A stretch of 64,000 nt of DNA from the human T2T-CHM13v2.0 reference genome, Homo sapiens. The notes under the pieces are model-generated. The model was not told the origin of the DNA. It made no database searches and worked only from the letters and a program-made list of their open reading frames with translations. Both the position numbers and the translations under genes were made by a program. The stretch lies in the NCBI RefSeq assembly GCF_009914755.1, contig NC_060925.1; one strand, 5' to 3'. Numbering within the stretch: position 1 is the first letter of the stretch; each line of letters starts with the position of its first letter. This document shows, piece by piece, positions 12,790-26,500 of the stretch.

Positions 12790-13075
12790 ATGTCAACGGT
12801 ACTGATGTTCTGCTGCTGCAGTTAAAACTGCACAACCTCTTCTGAATAGGAATCCAGGAGCCTATACTACGGCTGAGAAGCCACACTCCCAGGGCTACAC
12901 AGCTGGTGCCTTAGCATCAGCACAAGCAGAAAAAAACAACTGAGGCATTTTCCCTTCTTCCTATCTTCCATTTTTCCATGAATGCCTCCCATTGCAGGAC
13001 CCAACTAGAAGCCAGCTTACAAAGCAGTCTTGGGAATGCGATTATGCAGTTTGCAGCTTCCACATCATCCCCCAC
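12790..13075. mobile_element. Ancient MaLR (MLT1-like) LTR fragment, also in the right arm
   Basis: TGCCTCCCATTGCAGGACCCAACTAGAAGCCAGC...GGGAATGCG...TTTGCAGCTTCC resembles old MLT1 LTRs; limits approximate. Confidence 0.45.
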
Positions 13076-14027
13076 ACCTACTTGCAGGGAATGCAGTTGA
13101 AAATTGAGCTGCTCAAACAGAGAAACGACAGCTGAAACAAGAATGCTATTAACATATGTCAGCTCACTTATTTCCACCTCACCACATCCATGATGGCCAT
13201 GCTATGTAGGTGACTATCTTCAACTTTCTGGCAGTCCTGTTGGCCTAGAGCAAGGCAGGATAGAAGTTACAAGAAGAGCAGAGTTTACCAAGTTGTATGA
13301 AAGTGTAAGATTTTCTGTTATATTTCAAGTAATGAAATTTCAACTTATATGTGTGTCTACATATAGCTAGCATACTCTATCAAATAGCATCAGTGCAATG
13401 CCTTAGACAGGCATCTTCGTTAATGAATATTTTTGGGGTATCCTCTAACATGCTGTTTTGTCAAAGGGAAAAGAAGCAAAATAAGTGCTACAGATTAGCT
13501 TCTATAAAGCATACACCTCTGCTTCAAATTCTGGCCATTAAATGTCAGTCTTCCGATATCCTAATTTGTTGGCCACCCACAACATCTAAGAAAATTCATA
13601 TCACTTTTGTGCACCCAAAGATGAATACTAACTTGAGCAATCACATTACGTACATTTTCCTTTCTTTATAGATATAAAAAATGTGATGCATGTGCTGTGA
13701 TTCACAGAGTCAATAATTTTGTAATTGACTGGAAGTCGTTGGTGACTGATTCAGGGTTGCCAGAATTTATAATCAGACTCTAGAGATGTAAAAATATGTC
13801 TAGTGTACTATATTAAAAACATCTCCTGTTCTGATTAGATGAGATCAAATGGGCAAAAGATCTTTACTCAGACATCGATGGAGTTAAATTTATCGAAAAT
13901 CTACACAGAATTTGAAAAGCAATTTTTTAAAATAAAAATCCGATATCCAAAGTTTTAAGAGCCTGATTCAAAGACTATTTCTTCCCCTCTCCTATTCTGT
14001 GTCAAGCTTTTTATAACATTTCTATTA

Positions 14028-14200
14028 TTTCAACACAAATATTTAAGTGCCTACTATATATCTGGCACAGTTTTAAGTATTTGTACTACCTCATTAAGCA
14101 AAGCTAAAGATGCTTCCTGACTTTGTCCTTGTAGAATTTCTATATTAACAGAAAGAGAGAAACAAGTAATGCATAATAAGGAAATTTTATTGTATATTTG
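14028..14200 (-). mobile_element. L2 3' fragment
   Basis: TTCAACACAAATATTTAAGTGCCTACTATATATCTGGCAC resembles the reverse L2 3' end. Confidence 0.65.
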
Positions 14201-14269
14201 AAGGTTACAAAGAAATTAGGAGTATCAAATGTCAAAGTTATGATTTTAACTAGAGAGGGTCAAAGAAAA

Positions 14270-14995
14270 AGTCTAGAGAAATTTAGAAGGACTTCAACCA
14301 AATAAAAATGAAATTACAATTTACCAAAATTTGGGGCATATAGTAAAAGCAGTGCTTAGAGGGAACTTGATAACATTGGATATATACATTAGAAGAAAAT
14401 ATCTAAAAATCAGTCATCTAAGTTTCCACCTTAGGAAACTAGAAAAAGAAGAATAATTTAATCTTAAAGCAGTAGAAGAAAAATTAAAGTAGAAATCTAT
14501 AAGATTAAAAACAGGAAAACAACAGAGAAAAATCAATAAAACCAAAAGCCGGTTCATTGAAGAAGAAAATCAATAAAAATGATAAATCTCTCAGCAAACT
14601 AACCAAGAGAAAAAGAGAGAAGACACAAATTACCAATGTCAGAAATTAAAGAAGATTCATTACTACTGATTCTATGGACACTTAAAAGTAAAAGAATATT
14701 TAATAACTTAGATGAAATGGACTAATTCCTTCAAAGATACAAACTACCAAAACTCAAACAAGGAAGACTAGGTCATCTTAATCTGCCTATATTTGTTACA
14801 GAAATTGAATCAATTACTATCCTTCCAAAAAAAAAAGAGCATCAGGCCTAGATGTTGTCACAGATAAATTCTACCAAACATTTAAGAAAGAAATGATGCT
14901 AACTTCCTACAATCTCTTTGGAAGGCAGTCTTCCAAAAAATAGAAGCAAAGAGATTTCCTCATTCCATGAGGTTAGCATTATCTTAATAACAACC
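14270..14995 (+). mobile_element. Old L1 (L1M) ORF2 internal fragment
   Basis: AAAGCAGTGCTTAGAGGGAA, AATCAATAAAACCAAAAGCCGGTTC, AGATGAAATGGACTAATTCCT, AATTCTACCAAACATTTAAGAAAGAA. Confidence 0.88.
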
Positions 14996-17069
14996 TATAT
15001 CGTTATTGACTTAATTTGCCACTCCTCTGAAGAGACTTTTAATTTGAAAACAAAGATTTGATATCTACTAGTGTGACTGTCACTTTCTGTGGAACCTGGA
15101 TGCCTTTGAACCACTTAGTCCTGTGACAGAGGTGATTGAACAAAAGGCTGATCGTTGATCCTACAGTCAGGAAAATATGAAAAATCTTAAGTGATCTAGA
15201 AAAAAACTGATGCAATTAGTTTCTTGACTTTTCATTTGTTAAAAAAGGTTTGAAAATCCTTGGTGCTGCATTATTGATAACATTAGAAGAATCTATTGTT
15301 CATTTCAACAAAGCCAAAACCTAACATTTGCCTAAATAATCTGGCTTTGCTTTGACCTTCAGCCCCTTTGCAAGCTTCACCTCTCTTCCTCAACCTCAGT
15401 ATTCCAGGAACTTCCTGTGTGTGGTCTGGCCTGTTCCCTCTCCCCATTCCTCCTTTCCTGGTTTCCTCTCCATTCTTGTAGTCCTGGTTCTTCTTTCTCT
15501 CTACCTCTGCTGCCACCCACGGTCTTGGCACAGACAGCAACATTCAGATGTGTTGTCTGCCCCATATCAAACATCCAGATATCTGGATATCATATAATGG
15601 ACTGAAATTTTAATTTTCCTTCCAAGAGTTTGCCTGTGATTTAGACAGAGTCTTTGTATTGTCTGGTTCAGCTCTGGGAATTGTCAAATTATCTGTAAAG
15701 AAGAATAAAACAGACCTAAGGATGAGGGAATCCAGTGAGTTTAAAGAGATCATCCTAAACTTGACCTTTGCTGTCAGTTTTACTGAGATAAGAAACATCT
15801 GCAAAATCTATATCTGCGTACTAAAATGCCTTTTGTTTAGAAACTGAACCTTTGAGGGGGTGAGGTCAGAGAACAGTTAGGAAATTGTTTCTTTTTTGTA
15901 ATATGCTAAGAACTTCCATCCCAGAGAGGGGTAGGAGGATAAACTTCCTCTTTAAAAGCTATTAACCATATCCCTGGAAAAAGCAGAAGCTTAGACTGAA
16001 TAAAACAATGCAATAGAATTTCATATTCTTTGATTAAGGAAAGTATTACTTCTCAATATATGCAATGGACCATGTAATTTCCATTTTTGACTTTCCCAAA
16101 GATATTGCCACCATATTTGAAAATTGAAAATAATATTTAGAAAAATCAAATCTAGAAATTACAAATAAAATATAATTCACAAATTAAAAATAAATACTCC
16201 TAATAAATTTATGTAGGCTTTATGATATAGAACTCTTGATCATTGGGTTAATTCACTTCTTTGAACTTCATAATGATAAAATAACTAAAAATTTATATCC
16301 TTATTTTCCCTCCAAAAATCAATTAACCTACAAGTCTACAAACAAAACAAAATCCATGAAATACTAAAACAATTCTTAAAATGAAGTTTATAAGGATTTG
16401 GCTGTCTGGGATTACAAGATTATAGCCATTAAAAATCTCCAGAAGGGATTTAATTTTCTGCCTTAGGCGCTTGGCCCTTTTACACATAAAATAAGTATCT
16501 AGGTGCAAAGATAAATCTGGTCCTCCTGCTGTATCTATGTAATTTAAATTTTCAGACGTGCTTTAGATACAAAAAAAAAAATGACAAGTTTCACAATAGT
16601 GAAAACTTCACAATTAATGTTTTTGTAAATAAGTAATTAAAACATTCTGTGTTATATCTGTTCTATTTTGCTGATTAATTTGGAAATACCATCTCATACC
16701 TTTTAAATTCCATATAAACAGAACTGCTTAAGTAAAATATGATACCAGTACTCTGAATTAGTTTCCAGAGATTCTTGGGAAGATGTTCTATTTTAACTTG
16801 AGGGCCAGTTAATTATTTTTTAAAATTATGAAATAATCAAAAATTGCATTTGTAGGAAGATTTTGCTTTGATGTGATTTTTTATCCCTAACATTACAAAA
16901 AAAAAAAAAAAGACTGCAAACTAAGTCCAAACACTTGACATTTGAATCTACAGTGAGAATAGCTGACATGCATCATTTCAAGTATAAATCATCATAAATA
17001 ATGATTATTATAACCAGAATTTTCAGGCTACTGCCAAGTCTCTGAACTACATAGGCCTCTCTTTTCTTT

Positions 17070-17325
17070 TTTTCTTTTATTATTTTTTGTAATAAAAAAG
17101 AAAACATAGCATAAATGTGCCCTCTTAACAGCTTTAAGTGTACATTATAGTATTATTAACTATATGCGTTTTGTCATATAACATCTCTCTAGTACTTTCA
17201 TATGCCATGGCTGACATTCTATATTCAGTGAACAACTCTCCATTTCCCCCTCCCTGCAGCCCCTGACAATCACCTACTTTCTGTTTCAATGAGTTTGATT
17301 ACTTTAGATACTTTATATAAGTAGA
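17070..17325 (-). mobile_element. L1MA/MB 3'UTR fragment
   Basis: TTTAAGTGTACA...AACAACTCTCCATTTCCCCCTCCCTGCAGCCCCTGACAATCACC...TGAGTTTGATTACTTTAGATAC. Confidence 0.8.
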
Positions 17326-17411
17326 CATCGGTCTCCTTTGGGTAATTTTCCATTATGTCATAACAGTAAATATTAATATGTGCTCCTTATGCTATAGTTT
17401 TATCATCCCAG

Positions 17412-18292
<881 letters not shown>

Positions 18293-19636
18293 GCAGCTGA
18301 GAGAATTATAGCCTGTTTTAACTAGATTCCAGCTTCAATGCCCCTCCCTCTGCCCTCAGTTTATTAGATGCCTTTGGCTTTAATTAATGTCAAAAATGAC
18401 TCATGATCAGTCATTTTAATGCTAGTCTCTTCAATTGCTCAGATTGGATTACTGCCGCAAAAATAACAAACTAGCATTTTGGTATTTATTCACTATAATT
18501 TTGAAATACCACACTAATGCCAATATTTCATTTTTAAAAGTACTCAGGATTCATATTTTTAAAAACCAATGAAATTAAAAATATAATAGATTTTAAACAG
18601 AAAAAAACTTAAATAAAAATGTAAATTAATGTAGATATAAATCTTAAACACATTTTCTAATTCTGATATAACCATTAGGTGATAAAAATGGAATAAAGTA
18701 TCATTGAAAAATACAACCTAAACATATAAAAATAATGTAAAAGTTAAGCATTTTAAGATGAAACATTATTTTGCCTATTTTTAAATATGCAACTTTAAAA
18801 GACAAATGCAGCAGCAAGTGTGCATTAAGATATTTTGAACAACATATTTTAAGCTTCAGCTACAAATTCTGATTTTTTTTACTTATAAATAGAATGTCTA
18901 GAAAATACTGTCATGACAATCCAAACATTATCCTCTAGCTCTTTCATCTTCAAATAATCTTATCTCTTGTCTTATAATTTCAAATAAATATTTTTAGAGA
19001 CTTTTGTTTAGGGGCAGGGTCAGACACTAAAATCTTTATACTGAGAGTGAAATGTTCTTGTTTTAAGAAAGCATTTCCAGTCTGTCTTCCTCTTCTTTGG
19101 TTTCATTGTGTATAGATGGGGAGTCTGATTTAGAATTACTTATATCTATTTTGATTTCATATTTCCTTGATACTTTGAAAAGTCATCTAACTACAATAAA
19201 ATCTGTTCTTTCAGTAGAAGCTTTGCAGGACTCTAATAATGGCTGCTTATGAAAGTCATACAGACAAGGATGTGGACTGGGATATCATTTTTGTATTTCA
19301 GCCATCTAACTTAATCTCAAGATAAAAATCACTTGGATTTCAGGATTTTTTTAAATTACCAGAAGAACAGTTCATAGGCACAAACAAGGGGTTCTCCAAA
19401 TACCTCAGACACAGACCTCTCCTTCGCCACATACATTTTTCTGTTCTACATCTCACTCTCCCTCCAACCCACATTTTACCCTTCCTGACTCTCAAAGGAT
19501 TGCACTCTCTTTCCTTATTGTAAAATGAGAAGCCTCCTAAGAAAAGCCCTTTCATCATCATTTCTCATCAGTCCAAGCCCTTTTGTCTTTTCTTTCTTTT
19601 TTATTTCCTATCCCAAGGGAAGAGGTTCCCTTGCTT

Positions 19637-20108
19637 TGTGAAATTTGTCAAGATCAAAATAGAGTCACTTGTGTAAAAATGCACACACACTCACACATAG
19701 AACAAAAAACACCCTGGCAGATAGAAACAGGGAAGGCCGTGGAGAGAAGGATTCTCACAAATAAATGCCCCATAACAGAAACTATCACAAAAGACTAAAA
19801 ACTGTGAACTTGCACAAAGGCCATCACAATTTTACACACAAAAAAATACTTCTGCAGGGACATCTGCCCAGCAACTGCCTGTCCAACCTTGAACTGGTGC
19901 CACCCTTGTTATTGATCTTTGAGGCCAAGGATAATTATCTCAAAACAATTATGTCATTTTTCCTTTCAAAACTTTTGTCTTCCCTTACCTCCCTAAAACT
20001 AGTGCACATAGGTCACTATGGCACGAATATTACCATTGCAGTGCCCTATTCCCCCCCAAAAATATCATTTTCTTTAGAGAGCCTCTCTGTTTGTTATTTA
20101 GGTTGATA
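19637..20108 (+). mobile_element. ERV1-class solo LTR (LTR54-like)
   Basis: TGTGAAATTTGTCAAGATCAAAATAGAGTCAC start, GGACATCTGCCCAGCAACTGCCTGTCCAACC body, TTTAGGTTGATA end; family name tentative. Confidence 0.65.
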
Positions 20109-20284
20109 CTTCTCACTTCTAATGCTTTCCCCTCCTGTCTCCTAGAAACCTCATTCCATTAATTCCCCAACCCCTCCCCAAATTTCAATCATATCTAACT
20201 TTATTTCCAAATGTCAGTTCTCTTCATATTTTAAAAATTACCCTTGACCCTATTATTTCTTATCTATCATCTTTCACTCTTACA

Positions 20285-20430
20285 GAAGCAGTGAGATGTG
20301 GAGTTCCTGAGTAGGCACCACGGTGACCATTTTCCTGGATTTGCAGCCCAGCTCCACCATCTGTGAGCTACGTGACCTCCAGTAAGTTACTTATCCCTAG
20401 ATGTAAAGTGATATTGCTATTATTAGCTTG
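20285..20430. mobile_element. MIR fragment
   Basis: CCCAGCTCCACCATCTGTGAGCTACGTGACCTCCAGTAAGTTACTTA. Confidence 0.6.
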
Positions 20431-22189
20431 CCATCTTTTATTTTAAAAATTGACCATATTTTCTCTTTTTTCTTCTAAAACTTCTTTTCTTGGCCAAGCA
20501 TAGGTTTAAATTTAAAGTCATGTCACAGATAATGTAGAAATGCAACTTCATTTCTCTATATGATTGTAATGTACTCATGAACCCCATTTTTACTCCATAA
20601 TTGATAATGCTGAAATTAGCCCTCAGAGGAAAAAGAGGAGGGGTTGATTTTGATGGTTGCCTCTGGTGCATTAAAACTCTGTTTAAACTTCCTCCATTTT
20701 ATGTGTTTCATTACATTTAATAGAACAGAAGGAAGCTCAAGTCAGCCAACACCCTATTGACAGCCTTCTGGTGAAAAAGAGTGCATAGCAGGTTTAGCCT
20801 TAGAATCAGAGAGACAAATCTTTATCCTACAGTTCAATTCAATTTCATTGACAAAAGAAGGCAGTGAGATGTAGCTTGTGAGGGGAGTTATTTGACCATA
20901 GCATTATAGCTAAGAAAGTAATTTTCCTGTGCAACTGCAGTATGTATCTTTCTGAAGGCTGGATGAAAACAGAAAAAGTACTATGAATAGTATTCCATTT
21001 ATTCTCAATTTTTTTAGTCGGATGACTACTCTATAATATTTTTCATTACATGTTATTTCAATAAACATCTAAGAAAATGCATATATATTTACTAAAACAA
21101 AAAGCTTAGAATTTTTTTTTAAAAAATGTCCTTAGGGCACACTAATGTAAGGAAGTTTGAGTATCAAATGCATTATCCGCAGTAGCTGCTAAATTGATCC
21201 ACACCAAAACAGCAGCAAAACGGTTTTGGAGATTTTATTCCTGACTACATACACTTTTCTTACAATGGAGTGTGAAAGGAACAAAACTCACATTCCCCTG
21301 ACCCTGCTTTTCTTTACGCATCGTCTTGTCTCTCTCGCTATATTGGAGCACAATTTCAGGGTGAAGTCAGGTTAAATCAAGAAGGGTATCCTGATTAGAT
21401 GAGACTTCTAACAAAATCAATCAAGTCTAAATGAGATTGGGGTTCTATGATGAAGAGCTGTGAGGGATAATTAGGCAGACTGTGGATGAAAGATTATTTA
21501 TTTCTGCTCCAAGAAGAAAATGTGCTTTGGGAGTTTCTTCCCTCTTAAAGTCAACCAAAACTCAGTTTCCCTCCCATTTTACTTCTTCCTGTTACTTTCT
21601 TTAGAAAACAGTATTCACAAATGACAATTACATAATTAATTATTTGGATAGCCAACTTAACAGTAGCAGGTGCTTAGCTAGTGAGCGCAGTTTATGCAAG
21701 AGTGAAGACATCTGGTCCTCTGGGTCACGGTGACATAGGGCTCAGGTGCAGGGACGGGTGCACATCATGACACCAAGGTAAATTGATGGTCAGACACTAA
21801 ACTGCAGCCGACAAAAAAAATTATTGTAGAATTGAGTTGTGATTATTGCATTTTCCTTGTAGGCATTTAAAAATAAATGAATTTGAAGTAGTCAACTCAG
21901 GAAAGAAGCACAGGAAATAAATGAACAATTCATGTACCGAAAAAACAAATTGCTCCCTTTATTATTGGGGAAAAATATGTGCATTGCACTAAATACGCTT
22001 ATTTTTCGGATAGTCTGATGAAATAGGTTTAGCAGTATCTTAATATGTGACACAAATTCTAGAACTATACATTAGCCAAGCCCATTTGTTTATCTATAGA
22101 AATGCTAAAATATTTTCATTACAAATAAGAAGAGTTCAAGACTATCCCTTCAAGTATGGCTAACACAAAATATCAGAAATTTAGCGTTG

Positions 22190-23343
22190 TTTATTTTTCT
22201 AAGTTTTGCTTTAAGTATAACAGACATACACGATAGTATGTAAATTTTAATTATGTAGCTCAAAGAATTTTTAGAAGAAAACATCCTTATCCCACTGCCA
22301 CACAGATCAAGGTATGAAGTATTACCAGCATCCTGGGAATCTTTTCTGTGCCGCATCCTAGTAATTACCACCTCAAAGGTAACTGCTTCAACTTCTGTCA
22401 CCAAAAATTAATTTTGACTGTTTCTGAACTTTAAACTAATGGAATCATTCAAACTGCATTTGCATGGGCACTTAGGTGTCTGCTTTTTTCACTCAATAGG
22501 TATCTTTGTGAGATTTACCCATGGTACCACAGCAATTTCCCCCATTGCTTAGCTCCCCTGCAAAATGTATCAAAACTTACTAATGTATTCCATTGATGTG
22601 CATTTCAATTGCTTGCTGCTGTTACAAATAGCACCACTGTAAGCATTCCAATACATGTCTTCTGGTGATCATATACTGTGTAAACATTATCTTGGGAATA
22701 AGCCCAGGAGTGGATTTGCTGAGTTGAAGATTATGTGTGCTGTCAAACACTTTTCCAAAATGATTTTGCAAATCTGATTTCCTACCAGCAGTATATAAAA
22801 GTTTTGGTTGTTCTACATTCTCATCAACTCTTGGCATTGTCAGATTTTTAGTGTTAGCCATTCTGGGAGATGTATAGTATCCTTTCATGTTTTAACTTAC
22901 GTTTTCCTGTTGATTTAAAAGTTGAGTATCTATTATTTTGAATATTTATAGGCCATTTGGATAAATTCCTTTGGGAAGTTCTGGTCCAAATATTTTGCTA
23001 TGTATTAATTAGATTATCCTACTTTTTAAAAATTAATTTGTGGGACTTCATTCATCTGTACAATCCTGTATTAGATATATGTTATAAATGTATTCTTCCC
23101 ATGTTTTGACTTTCATTCTCTTAATAGTAACTTTTAATAAAAAAGAATTTCTAATTTTAATATAATCAAATTCATTCATTAAGCTTTTCTTTTATGGTTA
23201 TAGCTGTTTGTTTTCTGTTTACTAAATCTTTGTTTAACAAATCTTTGCCTGTGTATTGGCCATAAAGATATTCCCTGTCCCATATTATCTTCTAGAAGTT
23301 TTATTGTTTTTATTTTCTTCAATTCTATCTGAATTTTATTTTT
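22190..23343 (-). mobile_element. Ancient L1 (L1MC-ME) 3' part, host of the nested L1 stack
   Basis: Degenerate reverse L1 3'UTR and ORF2 end; resumes in register at 30001. Confidence 0.8.
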
Positions 23344-23545
23344 TTTAATTGTAAACTTTCATGTCTTTACATTTGTCTTATTTAGATACTTGACATATTT
23401 ATCATATAAACATACATACTTTCCTTTCAGGGGATTATAGCTTGACTTATCTACTATCCATGCATCCAAGTTCCTTGTATATAGGGTAACGTCACATAAC
23501 TAGAATGGCTCCAGTTTGACCTCTTCTTTCCCTTCTTTCAGTCTT

Positions 23546-26500
23546 TTATATATATATACTTTAAGTTCTGGGGTACATGTGCAGAACGTGCAGTTTTGTT
23601 ACATAGGTATACACATGCCATGGTGGTTTGCTGCACCCATCAACCCATCACCTACGTTAGGTATTTCTCCTAATGCTCTCCCTCCCCTAGCCCCTCATCC
23701 CTTGACAGGCCCCAGTGTGTGATATTCCCCTCCCTGTGTCCATGTGTTCTCATTGTTCAACTGCCATTTATGAGTGAGAACATGTGATGTTTGGTGTTCT
23801 GTTCTTCTGATAGTTTGCTGAGAATGATGGTTTCCAGCATCATCTATGTCCCTGCAAATAACATGAACTCATCCTTTTTTATGGCTGCATAGTATTCCAT
23901 GATGTATATGTGTCACATTTTCTTTATCCAGTCTATCATTGATGGACATTTGGGTTGGTTCCAAGTCTTTGTTATTGTGAATAGTGCCGGAATAAACATA
24001 CATGTTCATGTGTGTTTATAGTAGAATAATTTATAATCCTTTGGGTGTATACCCATTAATGGGATTGCTCGGTCAAATGGTATTTCTAGTTCTAGATCCT
24101 TGAGGAATTGCCACACTGTCTTCCACGATGGTTGAACTAATTTACACGCCCACCAACAGTGTAAAAGCGTTCCTATTTCTCCACATCCTCTCCAGCATCT
24201 GTTGTTTCCTGACTTTTTTAATGATCACCATTCTAACTGGCATGAGATGGTATCTCACTGTGGTTTTGATTTGCATTTGTCTAATGACCAGTGATGATGA
24301 GCATTTTCTCATATGTTTGTTGGCTCCTTAAATGTCATCTTTTGAGAAGTGTCTGTTCATATCCTTTGCCCACTTTTTGATGGGGTTGTTTGCTTTTTTC
24401 CTGTAAATTGGTTTAAGTTCTTTGTAGATTCTGGATGTTAGCCCTTTGTCAGATAGATAGATTGCAAAACTTTTCTCCCATTCTGTAGGTTGCCTGTTCA
24501 CCCTGATGATAGTTTCTTTTGCTGTGCAGAACCTCTTTAGTTTCATTAGATCCCATTTGTCTATTTTGGCTTTTGTTGCCATTCCTTTTGGTGTTTTAGA
24601 CATGAAGTCTTTGCCCATGCCTATAACCTGAATGGTATTGCCTAGGTTTTCTTCTAGGATATTTATGGTTTTAGGTATTACATTTAAGTCTTTAATCCAC
24701 CTTGAGTTAATTTTTGTATTAGGTGTAAGGAAGGGGTCCAGTTTCAGTTTTCTGCATATGGCTAGCCAGTTTTCCCAACAACATTTATTAAATAGGGAAC
24801 ATTTCCGATTGCTCATTTATGTCAGGTTTGTCAAAGATCAGATTGTTGTAGATGTGTGGTGTTATTTCCAAGGCCTCGGTTCTGTTGCATTGGTCTATAT
24901 ATCTGTTTTGGTACCAGTACCATGCTGTTTTGGCTACTGTAGCCTTGTAGCGTAGTTTGAAGTCAGGTAGTGTGATGCTTCCAGCTTTGTCCTTTTCGAT
25001 TAGGATTGTCTTGGCTATGCAGGCTATTTTTTTGGTTCCATATGAAATTTAAAGTCGTTTTTTCTAATTCTGTGAAGAAATTCAGTGGTAGCTTGATGGG
25101 AATAGCATTGAATCTATAAATTACATTGGGTATTATGGCCATTTTCACAACATTGATTCTTCCTATCCATGAGCATGGAATGAATGTTCTTCCATTTGTT
25201 TGTGTCCTCTCTTATGTCCTCGAGCAGTGGTTTGTTGTTCTCCTTGAAGAGGTCCTTCACATCCCTTGTAAGTTGTATTCCTAGGTATTTTATTCTCTTT
25301 GTAGCAATTGTGAATGGAAGTTCACTCATGATTTGGCCCTCTATTTGTCTGTTGTTGGTGTATAAGAATACTTGTGATTTTTGCACATTGATTTTGTATC
25401 CTGAGACTTTGTTGAAGTTGCTTATCAGCTTAAGGAGATTTTGAGCTGAGATGATGGGGTTTTCTAGATATATAATCATGTCATCTGCAAACAGGGACAC
25501 TCGGACTTCCTCTCTTCTTATTTGAATACCTTTTATTTCTTTCTCTTGACTGATTGTCTTGGCCAGGCTTTCAATACAATGTTGAATAGGAGTGGTGAGA
25601 GGGGCATCCTTGTCTTGTGCTGGTTTTCAAAGGGAATGCTTCCAGTTTTTGCCCATTCAGTATGATATTGGCTGTGGGTTTGTCATAAATAGCTCTTATT
25701 ATTTTGAGATACATTCCATCAATACCTAGTTTATTGAGAATTTTTAGCATGAAGGGATGTTGACTTTTGTCAAAAGCCTTTTCTGCATCTATTGAGATAA
25801 TCATGTGGTTTTTGTCATTGGTTCTCTTTATGTTATGGATTACGTTTATTGATTTATGTATGTTGAAACAGCCTTGCAGCCCAGGTATGAAGCCGACATG
25901 GTCGTGGTACATAAGTTTTTGATGTGCTGCTGGATTCAGTTTGCCAGTATTTTAGTGTGAATTTTTGCATCGCTGTTCTTCATGGATATTGGCGTGAAAT
26001 TTTCTTTTTTTGTTGTGTCTCTGCCAGGTTTTGGTATCAGGATGATGCTGGCCTCATAAAATGAGTTAGGGAGGATTCCCTCTTTTTCTATTGTTTTAAA
26101 TAGTTTCAGAAGGTATGGTACCTGCTCCTCTTTATACCTCTGGTAGAATTTAGCTGTGAATCTGTCTGGCCCTGAACTTTTTTTGGTTGGTAGGCTATTA
26201 ATTACTGCCTGAATTTCAGAACTTGTTATTGTTCTATTCAGGGATTCGACTTCTTCCTGGTTTAGACTTGGGAGGGTGTATATGTCCAGGAATTTATCCA
26301 TTTCTTCTAGATTTTCTAGTTTATTTGCATAGAGGTGTTTATAGTATTATCTGATGGTAGTTTGTATTTCTGTGGAATAAGTGGTGATATTCCTTATATC
26401 ATTTTTATTGCTTCTATTTGATTCTTCTCTCTTTTCTTCTGTATTAGTCTGGCTAGCCATCTATCTATTTTGTTGATCTTTTCAAAAAACCAGCCCCTGG

